A stretch of 64,000 bases of DNA, from assembly GCF_006345805.1 (NCBI RefSeq), contig NC_042999.1:66402001-66466000 (forward strand). Direction: 5' to 3'. The notes below the pieces were generated by a model. It made no database searches. It was given only the letters and a program-made list of their open reading frames with translations, and was not told the origin of the DNA. This document shows positions 23,421 through 37,300 of this stretch, piece after piece (within the stretch, counting starts at the first letter, position 1; each line of letters opens with the position of its first letter). The position numbers and the translations under genes were made by a program. The stretch comes from Octopus sinensis (taxonomy: Eukaryota).

Positions 23421-26400
23421 AGGATCCAGTTAGCTCAAGACATCATTAGAAGTAACCACGTCCGGTTTCGGCCCCTACTCCTGTACCGTTTTGACGAGGC
23501 GGGGCTTCCCCTTTCGGAGGTGTCTTCAGCTCTGGTGTTGGGTGCATGTCTTCTTTCTTCTTCTTTCTTCTGTTCCCTGGCCTCTTCGACGTATCTTTGG
23601 CGAGTGTCATCCGGTGACAGACTGACTTGTCAATTTTCCCTTTAAATACCTGCCGCTAGTCTCCAACAGGCAGCACCAGCAAGTTGTCAGGTGACACCGT
23701 CTCACCTTAGCCGACTAGTGACGGCGCGTAGTTTTAGCCCACGCATTCTCTAAACGACTGTCACCTGTCAGTCAGCGAAGCTGATTCAGTGTCAGCTTGT
23801 TTCACCTAGTGATGTTATTTCCCGCCGGCATGTTATGACTTTCAAGCCATTTTTGGTCTTCCCGCTTCAGTCATATTATACGAGCTGGCTTTTTCGACCG
23901 CCTCCTGTACTCTCCTTAACTGACACTAATACTATCTCTTAGGGTTCTTTCAGCATGGAATACCGGTTGAAATTTCGACCAAAAGTTGAGAAACTTCTTC
24001 AGTGCAACGATGAATGGGGCTGTAAAACGCATACCACCAGTTTTCATTTGAAGTGTAAAGACTCCGAACATCGTTAGCTTTGATTGATTAATGCCACTGA
24101 AATCTTATAAGCGATGTTCGTATAGTCACTGTTTAGCCGATGGTTGTTCCTCATCTACTGAACCTACGGGCAATGGTATTTGATCAATGCCTACTTTCTA
24201 TTCATTTTCTGGTAAATGTTTTCAACTACTTCTACCGAATTGTCTGCTTTCCAGGTGGTAGTGCGTGATGTGAGGGCAAATCGGTTATGTTTCTCAGCAG
24301 GAAAAACAAATAAATAAGAATTTCCTCATTGGTTCATGAATTGTAAATTAATACCGCAAAACAAGTTTGAATATACCAAAAATACAATGAATAATGAATA
24401 ATAAAAAAGTATTACATCGATTAATAACACAATAATCAATGTAGTTTCTGCCATTACACAAACGAATCTATATACATATATATATATATATATATTAATG
24501 TGATTAATGCTTTTGTTTTATATGGAAACATATATGTATAATCATACATAAAACCACAGAACATAAACTGAAAGAGCACTAAATACATTTAGATAGAATA
24601 GAACTTTTGATTTCACAAGGAAAATGTCAACAGTGATTTCGAAGTTACATCTTATTTTATCCTAAGCAGAAAATGTAAGCATTTCTACGCTGTCATGTTT
24701 ATCGTTTTGGTATGTATAAGTATCCGTCAATCTTTGCTGTTCACTATCAATTGAAAATGTTTATTTCACATGGAAGGTAACAAAACTCGTTTGATAACTT
24801 TACCATATCAACGATATACGTTGGGAAATAAAAAGCAAAACTTGTGAGAGATTCTTTGTTTTTTTATACTAGATGTTGAAACATAATTATGCATACGAAA
24901 AACAATGTGTGGACTCGTTCTTCTTATTCATAGAATTTGTGAAAAGGGGACATTACATACATTTTATTCTGGGAGAATGGTGGCTGGTCTTTCTGTATGC
25001 TTTGAAAAGATGAAATAAGTCTTTGTCATTTGAAAGGATTAATTATTATATCAATTATTATTTACACATTTGTGCCACTAAAAATTAAAAACTATTTTGA
25101 GCACTAGAATTAACAAGCTTTTGCTCCAGCATGACATTATTTGTGATGAATAAACGCACTGTGTATTGGTAAGAATGAAAATAGGAGGTCAAGAGTACGT
25201 TTTGAGTGCTAGCAATAACAATTATTATTAATCCCTAACCTGGGCACATCATATCACATACTATATAACAGTGCCGCATCGGAGACCCAAATGCTAAATA
25301 AAGAATATAAGTAACGTATACGATAGCATAAAACTGAAGTAACAACCACCGTCAGAGACCCGAAGCAATACGGAATATGACTCCGTTTTGGATGAAAGCA
25401 TTACACCGAATAATCAACCGACTCACTACACTCCAAATAACGTCTCAATGACATTCTACTTTTCGGAATTCGTGCAGTGGAATTTATTCGACAGCATCGC
25501 TGCTCTAAAACATACACACAAGCTATATTATGTGCTGTGAAAGACTACATAATTTAGGTTTGTTGCATTCTGTAGCGAGTAAGTGCGGTCATCGTTTTGT
25601 GGAACCTCATTGTAATTGATGCTAAAACAAGATGGACACGAGATTTCTGCTCTCAGCTATCGAAATAAGGGAATCAATTATATCCCAAGCGTTGACATTA
25701 GAACCCTCTAAGATAGTGTGAAGGAGGCTCTAAAAAATTGTACCCTCAGGCACTTGGCAATCTTGCCATTAGTTCTATCAAAAATTGCAGTGACAATGAT
25801 TTGTTTGATTGGAAACTCCGCGAGAAAACGAAAGACAAAATTTCATTCGGTATTATTGAAATTTGGAGACGAAAATTTGCAACCGAATATTTAAGGTGAC
25901 TCTACTGAAATCTGAACTAAGAACGTAAAGATACGTAGCATACAATATATTTTTAAACATTTAGAGTTATTACAATAAAAAATGTTATACAATCGCTCTA
26001 TTTTATAATTTAAAAAAAACCAAGGCTAAAACTATGGTATGCAACCGATAAATGCTCTACTTTAAAAGTAAACACACATAACAAGACTTTGCTGACTATA
26101 ACTGCTATATCAGTGGAATAGGATAGTACTATAAAGTCAGCAACACTTTGTCATAATCTTTTAGTGGTTACATAGATCAAACTATAGATAGTGCACGCTA
26201 TTGCATTTTACTTAACACAATCTCAAGTAAATACGACGCAGAAAAGGCTCTCTAGCTCACAGCTCTATGTAAACTTCAATATATGTCTGATTTAAATATC
26301 ACTTATTTATTGATATATCACTACACTTGACAGAAACTTTTATAACAGAACACAGTAATTATCTTGTTTTATTGTTTGTGAGAATAAGCCAAGAGCAGAG

Positions 26401-27342
26401 TGTAAAAATAAGCAGTGGTTGGTTAAAAACATTGAATTATACATTAAAATGTATAAAATGCAGGTGTTAAAAATCGAGAGCTATACTCCATGGTACAGTG
26501 TAGCATTAAAACATAAACGTATTTTAGTAAAAATTTCGATACTATAACTACTACATAAAAATGGTGTCTTAGCTTTTTAAACTGATACGCTTTTGCAAAA
26601 TAGCATTTCCTCTTACATTCAGCAACAACAACAGCATTTATAGGAAACAAAATGAAAGCATGATATTATCTGTTAAACAAATATCAGTATGACATGTGTG
26701 CAAAACAACAAAACCTATATTCTGACATAGATTATTCTATCCACCCGCACCGAAGATCAATTATTAAAAATAAAAAAAAAATGTTTTCCATCTGTCAAGC
26801 GAAACGCCTTCATCGTAAATCTAGTTTTACAGTTGTATCCGTTTAGTTGTATCTTTTTATTGTAGCTTTTATATCTTACACTTTGACTGCAGACCATATC
26901 AAAGATCAGAGACATTTTCATCATTATGTGGTTCGATAAATAATTGTATTTCTTGCAGCATCGATATATTACATGGTGATGGAAATTACTAGTTTTATAG
27001 AAAAAAAGTGCTTGTGATGATTTCCTCTAAAGCTTTGTTTTCTGCCACAATTTATATCGATTCCTTTCCGCAAACTTGATACAATTTCTTTGAATTTGTT
27101 GCTGACTTCTTTCCTCACCCCACCCGCCTATTTAAGTGCAAACGAGTGATTTTTTTTTAACAAACTAAAATATATTCGACTTAATGCTACTTGCAAAGAA
27201 AATATTTATAAATGCTTCTTTGCATTGCATTTAGACCTTATCAAAGATTCCCGTGATAAATATTCATGTATAGAATCGATAAATTCGGAAGTGTGTTTTG
27301 TGAATAAATTGTGATATTCAAATCTTTTTTAAAATCTAAGTC

Positions 27343-28615
27343 TACGAGAGCGAGTTGAAAAGTTCATAGGTTGATTATAAAGGAATAATGCGAGAGGTGT
27401 GAAATCTTGGATGCATTAATTTCAATTCCTCTTATTGATAGTTACGTCGCTTATTTCCAGATAAACTGACATCTGACTGTTCAAAGAAACATCAAATGTA
27501 ACTGGTAATGACCTCTCTTGAAAATGGAGAGAATTTAGCATCGTGGTGTTAGCAAGTACCTTCAGAAAAAGAGTTTAGTCCCCAATGACACTCATGCTGA
27601 CATGGTTGCTATATTAGGGGATACCGCCCCTGCTTTATCAATAATGTAAAAGTGGGCAGTTGAATTTAGGAGGGGGAGGTAGAATCTTGAAAATGACCCA
27701 AGGTCTGGACGTCCTGAGACTGTTATCATCACGGAAAACACTGATCGTGTTTACCACATGCTGAGAGATGACAGGTGATTAGCATATCTTGTGAGAAAGT
27801 TGAGAATAGTACTGCACAATGAACTTGACATGACGAAGATTTCTGCTGGTGGGCGCAACATCTGGCACCTGATTAAAAACGCATTCATCTGATAACATCT
27901 GATGGGAAAATCTGATCTAGTTGCAGGCAGATTCAGCTGGGTTCCTTACACATTTATTATCTCAGATTGAGTGCTGCGGTCTTTATTTTAAGTCACAGAC
28001 AAAGAAGTAATTCACGTAGTGGAAAAATACTTGCTCCAAAGGAAACACACATGCAACAAAGGAAATACATTTATTCCAAAAGTGCGCAAATAAGTTTCAA
28101 CTACAGGGAAGTTGATGGCCTAATATTTGGGTGATGCAAAAGGCATTATGTTTATTGACTGACTTCAGAAGCGCCTCAAAATCAATCGATAGTTACATGC
28201 TAAATTGCAGAGGAGACAATTACGAGAGGCTATCAAAGCCAAATGTCTAGGAAAATTGACGAAAATGGATTGTTTCCTCAAGACAATGTCCCAGCACACA
28301 AATCTTTAATCTCACTGGCTGTTGTGAGTGACTGTGAGTTTGAACTAGTTGATCCCTGTTTCTATTCTCCTGATTTCGACCATCTGACGATCATCCGTTC
28401 TCCATGAAGAAAACCACTTGACTGGGAATGAGAATCGCCTTGATGGTAAGATCATATCTGCTGTGGACGAGTTTTTGAGTAACAGGAACAACAACCCTGA
28501 TGAAAGAAGTGTGCGGACCACAAGAGGACCTATGTTGAAAAATAGACTTTATTTGGGCGTCACATTCCATGAGAATATCTTGGCCAGCCTACGAACTTCT
28601 TAACCAACCCTCGTA
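27343..28615 (+). mobile_element. Full-length decayed mariner element (~1.27 kb)
   Basis: Imperfect ~30-bp TIRs (tacgagagcgagttgaaaagttcataggttg versus the right-end reverse complement tacgagggttggttaagaagttcgtaggctg) with terminal TA. Transposase remnants HRGVSKYL...HADMVAILGD...KWAVEFRRGR..LENDPRSGRP, QDNVPAH and YSPD. Confidence 0.88.
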
Positions 28616-28979
28616 TATTCATAAGACAAATCCAGCTCAGGGCGATCTTGACATTGATCAGCTGGGGAGGGGTAACACTAGAATAAGCCCGGAATATGAA
28701 CTGTGGGTAATTTAAGTGCCTGGTTTTAATCTCATGTTACACATCAATATTCATTACAAGGACGCAAGTTAGATATGTCATTAAGTCATTTGTTGCATAA
28801 CCGCGTGCTTCCGGCTCCCGTTCTTTTGTGTGATATTTTAGGTCAATACAATACATTTGGAATGAAATTTGTCTGTCATAAGCTCTGAGAAACACTGTAG
28901 ATAGCTTCCTTCCTTTCTGTCTTTCTTTTTTCTCTCTGTCTCTAACACACACACACACACACACACATACACGAATGCA

Positions 28980-29048
<69 letters not shown>

Positions 29049-29057
29049 TATATATAT

Positions 29058-29650
29058 TAAGCAAAAAGTCAAAGCAAAAGCTCAAAGAATATAAAGATTT
29101 GAGTAGAGAAACAAATTTTACAAGCAAAATAACCTGTTCACATCCAAGGCAAAAAGACTCTGTAAAGAAATAGGGTAGGAGAAAATAAGAGTTGAAGACC
29201 CTACCTGTAATGGAAGAAGTTGAAAACTTTTTGAAAAGTATTCGAAGTGATGAAAAGATATGCAATGAAAATGCTGATTGGATTAGATGCACAAAAGGAT
29301 CCTACCAAAATTTGCCAGAACAAGCATGGAAAGACATCATAATACCAGACCTAATTATGACACTCATGAAAGATCATAAGTTGAAATTCCCTGGGAAAAA
29401 TAGGGTGCCAAATTTATGACTCGATTCACTCCCGTGCATACATGAAAAGTCAGTTTAGTTAATCAATGAAATTATGAGAGATCCTAAGAAAACACTTGAT
29501 TGATTAGAAAGAGGTTTTACTTAACCTACTCCTGAAGAATAATGAAATCAAGTTTCCCCAAAACCTTTCAACCCATAACGTCTATCTAACACAAATATAA
29601 GTTCTAACGTCCATCTTCGTGGAAAAAACATGCACGTTTATAGAACAGAA
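29058..29650 (+). mobile_element. R4/Dong-clade LINE fragment (region before and at the start of RT)
   Basis: KQKVKAKAQR...KQNNLF...EEVENFLKSI...NENADWI...LPEQAWKDI...KFPGKNRVPN, then a frameshifted RPIT-like segment. Bounded by (TA)n and (TG)n. Confidence 0.75.
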
Positions 29651-29667
29651 TATGTGTGTTTGTGTGT

Positions 29668-29723
<56 letters not shown>

Positions 29724-30232
29724 TTCGGTTTAGTCATAGCGGTACTAAGTTACCAATAACCAATTAGAAGTTAAAATATTCACAGTATTGTTCTGAGAGA
29801 GCTATAACTTTTCCCACTGTCGTTCGAATCTCAATGCTCAGTTTCCTGTGCTAGAAACAACTGTAAATTAATACATGTGATTATGACCCTCCAATACTTG
29901 TCATTAATTAACGCGTGTGTGTGAGTATGCATGTGTGTGTGTGTAAAGAATATCAGCGGCAGCGATAGGCGATACATAGATACCAATAAAAAAAAGGTAT
30001 AGCTGATAATGTACTGGAATCAGTAAAACCAGCCAAACTCCTTTGAAGGCAGTACTTCAAGATGCTGGTATTCCAATAGCTAAACCTAATAAAAGCATTT
30101 ACCAAAATTATCGCTCACCACTGACTACCTTCATTTCCTCAAAACTTTTCTATACTTTGTAATATGATTAGAAATGATTTCCTTTGTTTTCAGTAACGTG
30201 ATATATTTTGTTTTTGTCTGTGTTTTTGTTTA

Positions 30233-30492
30233 GCTGAGCTGGCAGAAACGTTAGCACGCCGGGCAAAGTGCGTAGCCGTATTTCGTCTGCCGTTACGTTC
30301 TGAGTTCAAATTCCGCCGAGGTCGACTTTGCCTTTCATCCTTTCGGGGTCGATAAATTAAGTACCAGTTACGCACTGGGGTCGATGTAATCGACTTAATC
30401 CGTTTGTCTGTCCTTTTTTGTCCCCTCTGTGTTTAGCCCCTTGTGGGTAGTAAAGAAATATATTATTATTATTATTGTTATTATTATTATTA
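30233..30492 (+). mobile_element. tRNA-derived SINE family B (Deu/Nin-like middle), monomer with (TAT)n tail
   Basis: Head gagctggcagaaacgttagcacgccggg, B-box-like GAGTTCAAATTCC, ctttcatcctttcggggtcgataaattaagtacc core, and 3' end ccccttgtgggtagtaaagaaata. Confidence 0.88.
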
Positions 30493-31096
30493 CTGCAAAT
30501 AGTAAAGAATCACAGTGCTTTTTAAGATGTATTTCTTCGGAGTCATAAAACATTGAAGTATATCGGCTTTAGTTTCGTATGTAGTTTTACTATTAAATGT
30601 GGGAAGTGAAGTCAATATGAAAGCCTGTTCTTTTTCCCCAAATCGCATACACAAGCCGATATTACAAACACTTATTACTTGCTAGTAATACAGTGGATTT
30701 TCAGAAGACATGATGCGTCGAAGACATTGCGTTGCGGTACATGTACATTCAGTTGTTTTCTGACTTTTAATTCTGTCGAGATATAATTTGTCCCCACATC
30801 CTTCTGAGATCGATAAATTCAATCAAATTAACATTCGAACATGTGTGGGAGTTGATTAAATAAGTGCTTTTCAATTACAGGTATTGGTTTCATCGACTGT
30901 AGCCTCTCCAGAGACGCGAGAGTATCAGACAAAATGTTCAGTTTTATTTCTTGTAGCTCTGTTTATCTTGAGTTCATATTTCTCTGACGCAGATTTTCCC
31001 ATTCATCTTTCAAGGGTCGATAGGATCGACCCATGATGGGATTGATATAATCGACTTACTTCCTGACTCGGTGCATAAATTCAATACCATTATTAT

Positions 31097-31696
31097 TTAT
31101 TTCTTCATTGTACACAAGGGGCTAAACATAGAGGGTACACACAAGGAGATACAAACCGATTAAGTCGATTATATCGACCCCAGTGTGTAACTGGTACTTA
31201 ATTTATCGACCCCGAAAGGATGAAAGGCAAAGTCCACCTCGGCGGAATTTGAACTCACAACGTAGCGGCAGACGAAATACCTATTTCTTTACTACCCACA
31301 AGGGGCTATACACAGAGAGGACAAACAAGGACAGACAAACGGATTAAGTCGATTACATCGACCCCAGTGCTTAACTAGTACTTAATTTATCGACCCCGAA
31401 AGGATGAAAGGCAAAGTCCACCTCGGCGGAATTTGAACTCACAACGTAGCGGCAGACGAAATACCTATTTCTTTACTAACCACAAGGGGCTAAACACAGA
31501 GAGGACAAACAAGGACAGACAAACGGATCATGTCGATTATATCGACCCCAGTGCACAACTGGTACTTATTTAATCGACCCCGAAAGGATGAAAGGCAAAG
31601 TTGACCTCAGCGGAATTTGAACTCAGAACGTAACGGCAGACGAAATACGGCTATGCATTTCGCCCGGCGTGCTAACGTTTCTACCAGCTCGCCGCC
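31097..31696 (-). mobile_element. SINE family B trimer: one head-bearing copy plus two 184-bp headless repeats
   Basis: Units at 31465-31696, 31281-31464 and 31097-31280. Junction reads ...agtaaagaaatag|gtatttcgtctgcc on the minus strand. Confidence 0.9.
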
Positions 31697-33059
31697 TTAA
31701 TTATTATCTCTTACAATTATTTCTTACCATTATTATTTCTTACAAAGGCGGCAAGCTGGCATAATCGTCCAAGTGCTAGACGGAAATTGCTTTCAAGTAT
31801 TATGTTCAAATCACATCGAGATAAACTTTACCATTCAACCCTTCAAAGTTGATAATATAAGATACGGTTCTAATCCCGGGGACGATCACAATGACTTACC
31901 CCATCTCTTCAAATATTCTTGCTTTCTTCCGGAATCAGAAATTATTATTCAATAGCGGTTAGTTATCATTTAGATCGGCGGACAAAACGCAATCTGAAAT
32001 TTAATTGCAGTAAATTTACTTCTGAGTTCAAAACTAGACGAGATCAATTTTGACTTTCAAACTTTCGGTGGATGTATAAAGTACCTACTCAAATACAGAT
32101 TATATAATCGACAATAGCTTTCCCGCAAATATGGGACGCTCCGTCTCTTAGGCACATGAATTAACACAATCCAGTTTGAGAAAATGGTAAAAACAGGACG
32201 TTTCGTTGTTCATTTATATGAATGGAAATTTGTTGAAGGCCGGGTTTAGAAGTAGAGAATATTGTCCTTGCTCTTTGTTTTTTTCTAAAAGAACGGGGAG
32301 AGAAAGGAAAGCAAAGCGGGGAGAATAGATAGTGAGAGAGATTTCAGGACAATCAAGAAAGAGGATAGAAAATAATAATAAAGGATGAGAAGAGGATAGA
32401 AAATAATAATAAAGGATGAGAAGAGGATAGATAGAGACTGAGAAAGAAGAGAAAGAGATTTCTTTTCAATTTGGTGTGCTCAATTCATTGAAATTTCATT
32501 ATAAAGTAATTGTTTTCCTTTTCTTCTTTCTCATTCCTTTCTTTTTTCAATATATTTGTAAATAAACCACATTTTGTCTTAAGGCTTGGTGACCTTGCAA
32601 AGGTGTCAATTTTAGGCCGTAGGATGGAATAAATAAGAAAATGGGGTAAAAGAAAGGAGATAAACGAAAAAAGTAAAAGAGGAGAAAGAAAAACGAACGA
32701 AAGAAAATTACGTTTTAATGAAATTTTAATGAATTGAAAAGAACCCCCCCCTCTCTCTCTATCTATCTATTTTTGTCTGTCTCTCTATCTATCCTTTACC
32801 CAACCTGTCTTATTATTTTTCTCCTCTTTCTTGATTGTTCTGAAACCTCCCTCGCTATCTACCGCCACCCCATTGCTTTTCTTTTCTTTCTCTCTCCCCC
32901 TCCCCCAAAAAACAAAAAAATCAATATTCTCTTCTAAACAAAATAAAAAAAACATCCGATTCATATAAATGAACCACGAAACGTTCTGTTTTTACCATTT
33001 TGATTTTGTCCGAAAGTGCTATTAAAGGATTATCCAAAATTCTGACTGCCTTTCTTTTT

Positions 33060-33097
<38 letters not shown>

Positions 33098-33102
33098 GCA
33101 TG

Positions 33103-33174
<72 letters not shown>

Positions 33175-34035
33175 TCAGCCGTAGATTGACTTTTCATCTA
33201 CACACTTACCCCCGAGTTCGTTGCTTTTCTATAGATGTGATCAATGATTTTCAGCTGTAAGTATTGATTTAGATTGATTAGGAGAGGCTGTACCTCATCA
33301 TCTGGTTTACTTTTCTAAATTGACAAGCAACTTTACTCTGTAACTTCACCTAACCAAAGCATTTTCTTTTTATCACCCTCGTTCTTTCTCTCCAATGGTT
33401 GAGTGACTTCTGATATGCCCGATAAAATAAAACTACCGGAACTCATGTAGAGAGTAGTTACGACTGGTTGCACATCTTCCAATGAATGATTTAATTCACG
33501 CTGAAATCCCTGTAATCATTAACTATGTAACTTGACTAACAATTCGCTTGTGCTTCATTACTGAAGTGTAGCCATGGCTGTAATGAATGAAGTCATATAT
33601 CTGTTACTTCAAACATAATTTGGGTCTAATTAATAATTTCGTCTTCATTTGCTGGAAATTCTCTTTCCACAAGTCAACGGAAAGGGGTTCTAGTGATTGT
33701 TCTCTCGCCCTGTTTGAATTGCATCCCATAGCTTCAAAATCGGGATGGTTACAACTAGAACGCTTATGTCCATGCATTTGCTGCGTGGCAGATGTCTTTA
33801 AGCTAATACTCCCAGTGGCAACATTCATCTGAAATTATCGTTTGGGTAATGAATGTAAAAATCAAAATAATTTTTCTGCCACATTATCTAGCTCCAACAT
33901 AAACGCTAGGTTTTATGTTTAAGAAGGGACTATACATGATTAAGCCGATGTCAGATCTCAGTGATACTTCATCTAATCGAATCCAACTGGATGGAAAATA
34001 AAGACGATCTCAACAGGATATAAACTAAACAGTAA

Positions 34036-34377
34036 GCGCAGGAGTGGCTGTGTGGTAAGTAGCTTGCTTATGAACCACATGTGAGTGGATTTGGTAGACA
34101 GAAACTAAAAGAAGTCCGTCATATTTATGTATATATATATGTGTGTGTGTGTGTGTGTTTTGTGTGTTTGTCTGTGTTTGTCGCCCAACATCGCCTGACA
34201 ATCGATGCTGGTGTGTTTACGGCCCCGTAGCATAGCAGTTCGGCAAAAGACACCGATAGAATAAGTACTAGGCTTACAGAGAATAATACTTGGGGTAGAT
34301 TTGCTTGACTAAAAGGCGATCTCCAGCATGGCCGCAGTCAAATGACTGAAACAATTAAAAGAGTAAAGAGAGTAAAA
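34036..34377 (+). mobile_element. SINE family A with an internal deletion
   Basis: Head gcgcaggagtggctgtgtgg; B-box/CORE region deleted (accacatg|tgagtgg); intact 3' stem-loop and (GAGTAAA)n tail. Confidence 0.88.
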
Positions 34378-37300
34378 ATGTAAACAGCCATAAAGAAAAC
34401 ATTGCAATGTATTCTGACAGCGCCCTCTAGATATTGGCCATCCGTCACACTAATCAAGATGACACAGTAGGTAGCAGAGGTCAACTATCTCAACTAAATA
34501 CTAACCTGTCACAATAATAACGTAAGGTTGAACCTTAACGACGCCTTGAATTTCTCTGCGTTGGCTCGTAAAAGGATGACACCCAGTTAATCAAAACCAG
34601 GACTTTGTGAATTAGTCATAGATTATACATTCCTGCCTTAGCCAAACCTCATTAAGGAAGAGTAAACTTGCGAGTTAATTTTGATAAATTGGGATATTAT
34701 AAAGACTCCCGTCGAAATGATCCGTTCTGGTTACTGAGAAACAAATACAATGATTGGCTAGGATTTAATCTCACAACATTGTACTTCTGGAGTTCTCTCT
34801 GTTGTAAGCTCTCGAACCAGTGTGGGTTATATTGGCATTAAGAAGTCACGCTCTCACTGAATATACGTTGAACATAAATTATTTCCTGTCACCTTCACAG
34901 AAACCCTGAAAATGGATCACGGACCCTTATCTTCTTCTTCTAAGTAATTCAAAGAGAAATGGTTCCGTGCATAATTACAGCCAGGACGCCAATAACTCTA
35001 CATTTTTTTTCCTCTTTTGTTTTTCAATTCCTGGCGTAATTAATTCCAAAATCTTCTCTTGAGAAATAATTAACACTTAGCATTTGGAGTTGCTATGTTT
35101 TTATTTTTATTTATGTTTACTTTTTTCCTCCGCGGTTGAATTTTTTAATTTTAAAGTTTTGTTTTTTTCAGACAAGCAGCAATAATACATTAATAACAAC
35201 GAAGTAAATAAAACTCGAACAATGAAAATTACAAATATAAATGAATAAGCTATGAAGTTCAACTGCAGGCAAATTTTAAACTATGCCAATTATTTACAAA
35301 TGTGATCAGAAAAAGAAAATTGGACTGCGATAATTAGTTGTTAACAATGATAACATGGTGTGTTAAATATCATTTAAAATAAGATAAACACTTTTGTTTC
35401 GGCTCTAATAAAACAAACATATTGCCAATGTATTTTTTTCGTTGCTTTCAGGTTCTACAATATTAATTGCACGTTTATTTTTGGTAGGAGATTTTTGTTA
35501 TAGCAATTATATATTTGTTCTTATTCTTGGTTTTGTAGTATTCACTTAATAATTTTGAAATTACAATTAACTTTGACCGTTTTATTGTAGAAATTAATGC
35601 AATCCCACACGAAAACATCAAGTACATTTCTGCAATTTCGTTTCGGCGCTTGACGCTCTGCTTTCAAATCCCGCCCGCGGAAATTGAGTTCCGCAAAATG
35701 CTTCAGTTGTTATTGTTGATGTTACTTTCGTTGTTATTTAACCACTCCAACTCTGATAAAGCTTACCAATGTTCAGAAGACATTCAAGTCATAGAACCCG
35801 TCAATTCATCAAAGAAAAGACACGTTTATCCAACATTTTTGAGACAGCAGATTGGGATTTAGACACATTGTAATTAAATATCCAGAGAACAATTACGTAG
35901 ATATTTCCTCTTTAGATCAGATTTCCGAGATTATTCTAATTCTTTTGGTTGATTAATTTCTGGTCAGCCGAAATCATGTAGACATGGACTCAAATGCCTG
36001 ACAACCGAGATTACAATGTCGTGAGATATCACGTTTTTTGAGGGAAATTTCTAGCTGTCATTTCTACCCTCTTGATGTAAGACGCTAGGCTCCCTTGTTG
36101 GTTCATACACACACACACTCTCTCTCTCTCCCTTTCTCCCTCTCCCACTTTCCCTTTCTTGTTTATTGCAATTGCCACCATAGCTACTGGGAATTTCCTG
36201 ATCTACTCGACTTGTCTCTCATCACATAATCTTGCATACTGCATTTAGGATTTCACCAAATCCACTCTTCCACCCAGAATTCACTTGAATTCAATTGTTG
36301 CACGCATCGAGTTCCAGATATTGAAATTAAATATAAACCACTCATCCTCACCATTCAGGAACAGTTCTAAAAAATGGAATCTTCTAATGCGACTGCTAGT
36401 CTCTGACCATCTTTTTTAGAATGTAACATAAAACACACTATATAATATATTCCGAGATACACTCTAAAATTATCATGAATTTTCTTGACTGGAACAATTT
36501 TAAAGAGATCTAAGCGATTAGTCTGACATCAGGTTAAACAACAACAATTCTTAAAACTTATAAAATATACCTACCTTATAAATATGTAGGCAGCCGATTT
36601 TCATCTTCATCGCCATATTTTTAATTTTATATGTCTTGTACGTGACTCGTTGTATATTCTCACGCATCAGTATGCGTTTAATTTAACGAAGCATATCCTT
36701 TTTTATTGAACTTTATTCCTCGTGGATATTGTGACATATTTCTTGTGCTTCTATCCGGTAGCAGCTTATAAAGTAAATCTTCACAATTTCATGATGGTCT
36801 TCATATACTAGAAGGCTACTCGTTAAGCAGTACTGTTATGCTACAATTTTCTGAGTATTAAATAATCCAAACAATGTTATATTGTTGTCAGTCCTAAATG
36901 ATATCATCTAAAATGCTGAGCACTTTTAAGATAACTGTTGTGTTTTGGAAATATCTTGTAAGAACAGATTCTTGAGTAATCCAAGAGACTCTTGTTTTGT
37001 TTTATTTTATTTTTTTGCCATACTTATTTTCCCCTCATATCTTGGGAATACTTTGTGCTCTTGTATGCCACTTGCTACATATTCAACGAAATTATTCTCT
37101 TATGCAACATGTGCATAATGGCTATCCAAGACTACTGCCTCAGATACATGCGCTTACTCTTTAATGCAGTGAAGTTATTTAGTCACCCTATCTCCTCAGC
37201 CTTTATCATTCTGATGGAATATCCAATCATCCCGTGCCCCATATCAGCCAGTGTGTTCTGCATAAAATTTATATTTTTTATATCGTGATATACACTGTCA

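Noticed and set aside
23830-24300. Possible RTE 3' relic on the minus strand (GRPK..W-like ending)
   Set aside because: Only one weak motif; too decayed to call.
25340-25900. GPCR-like snippets (NVSMTFYF; TMICLIGNS)
   Set aside because: Separated by stops, with no further transmembrane helices or family motifs.
32361-32430. 31-bp tandem duplication in a purine-rich tract
   Set aside because: Ordinary slippage duplication.
33250-33900. Possible LINE C-terminal relic on the minus strand
   Set aside because: Motifs could not be reconstructed convincingly by eye.
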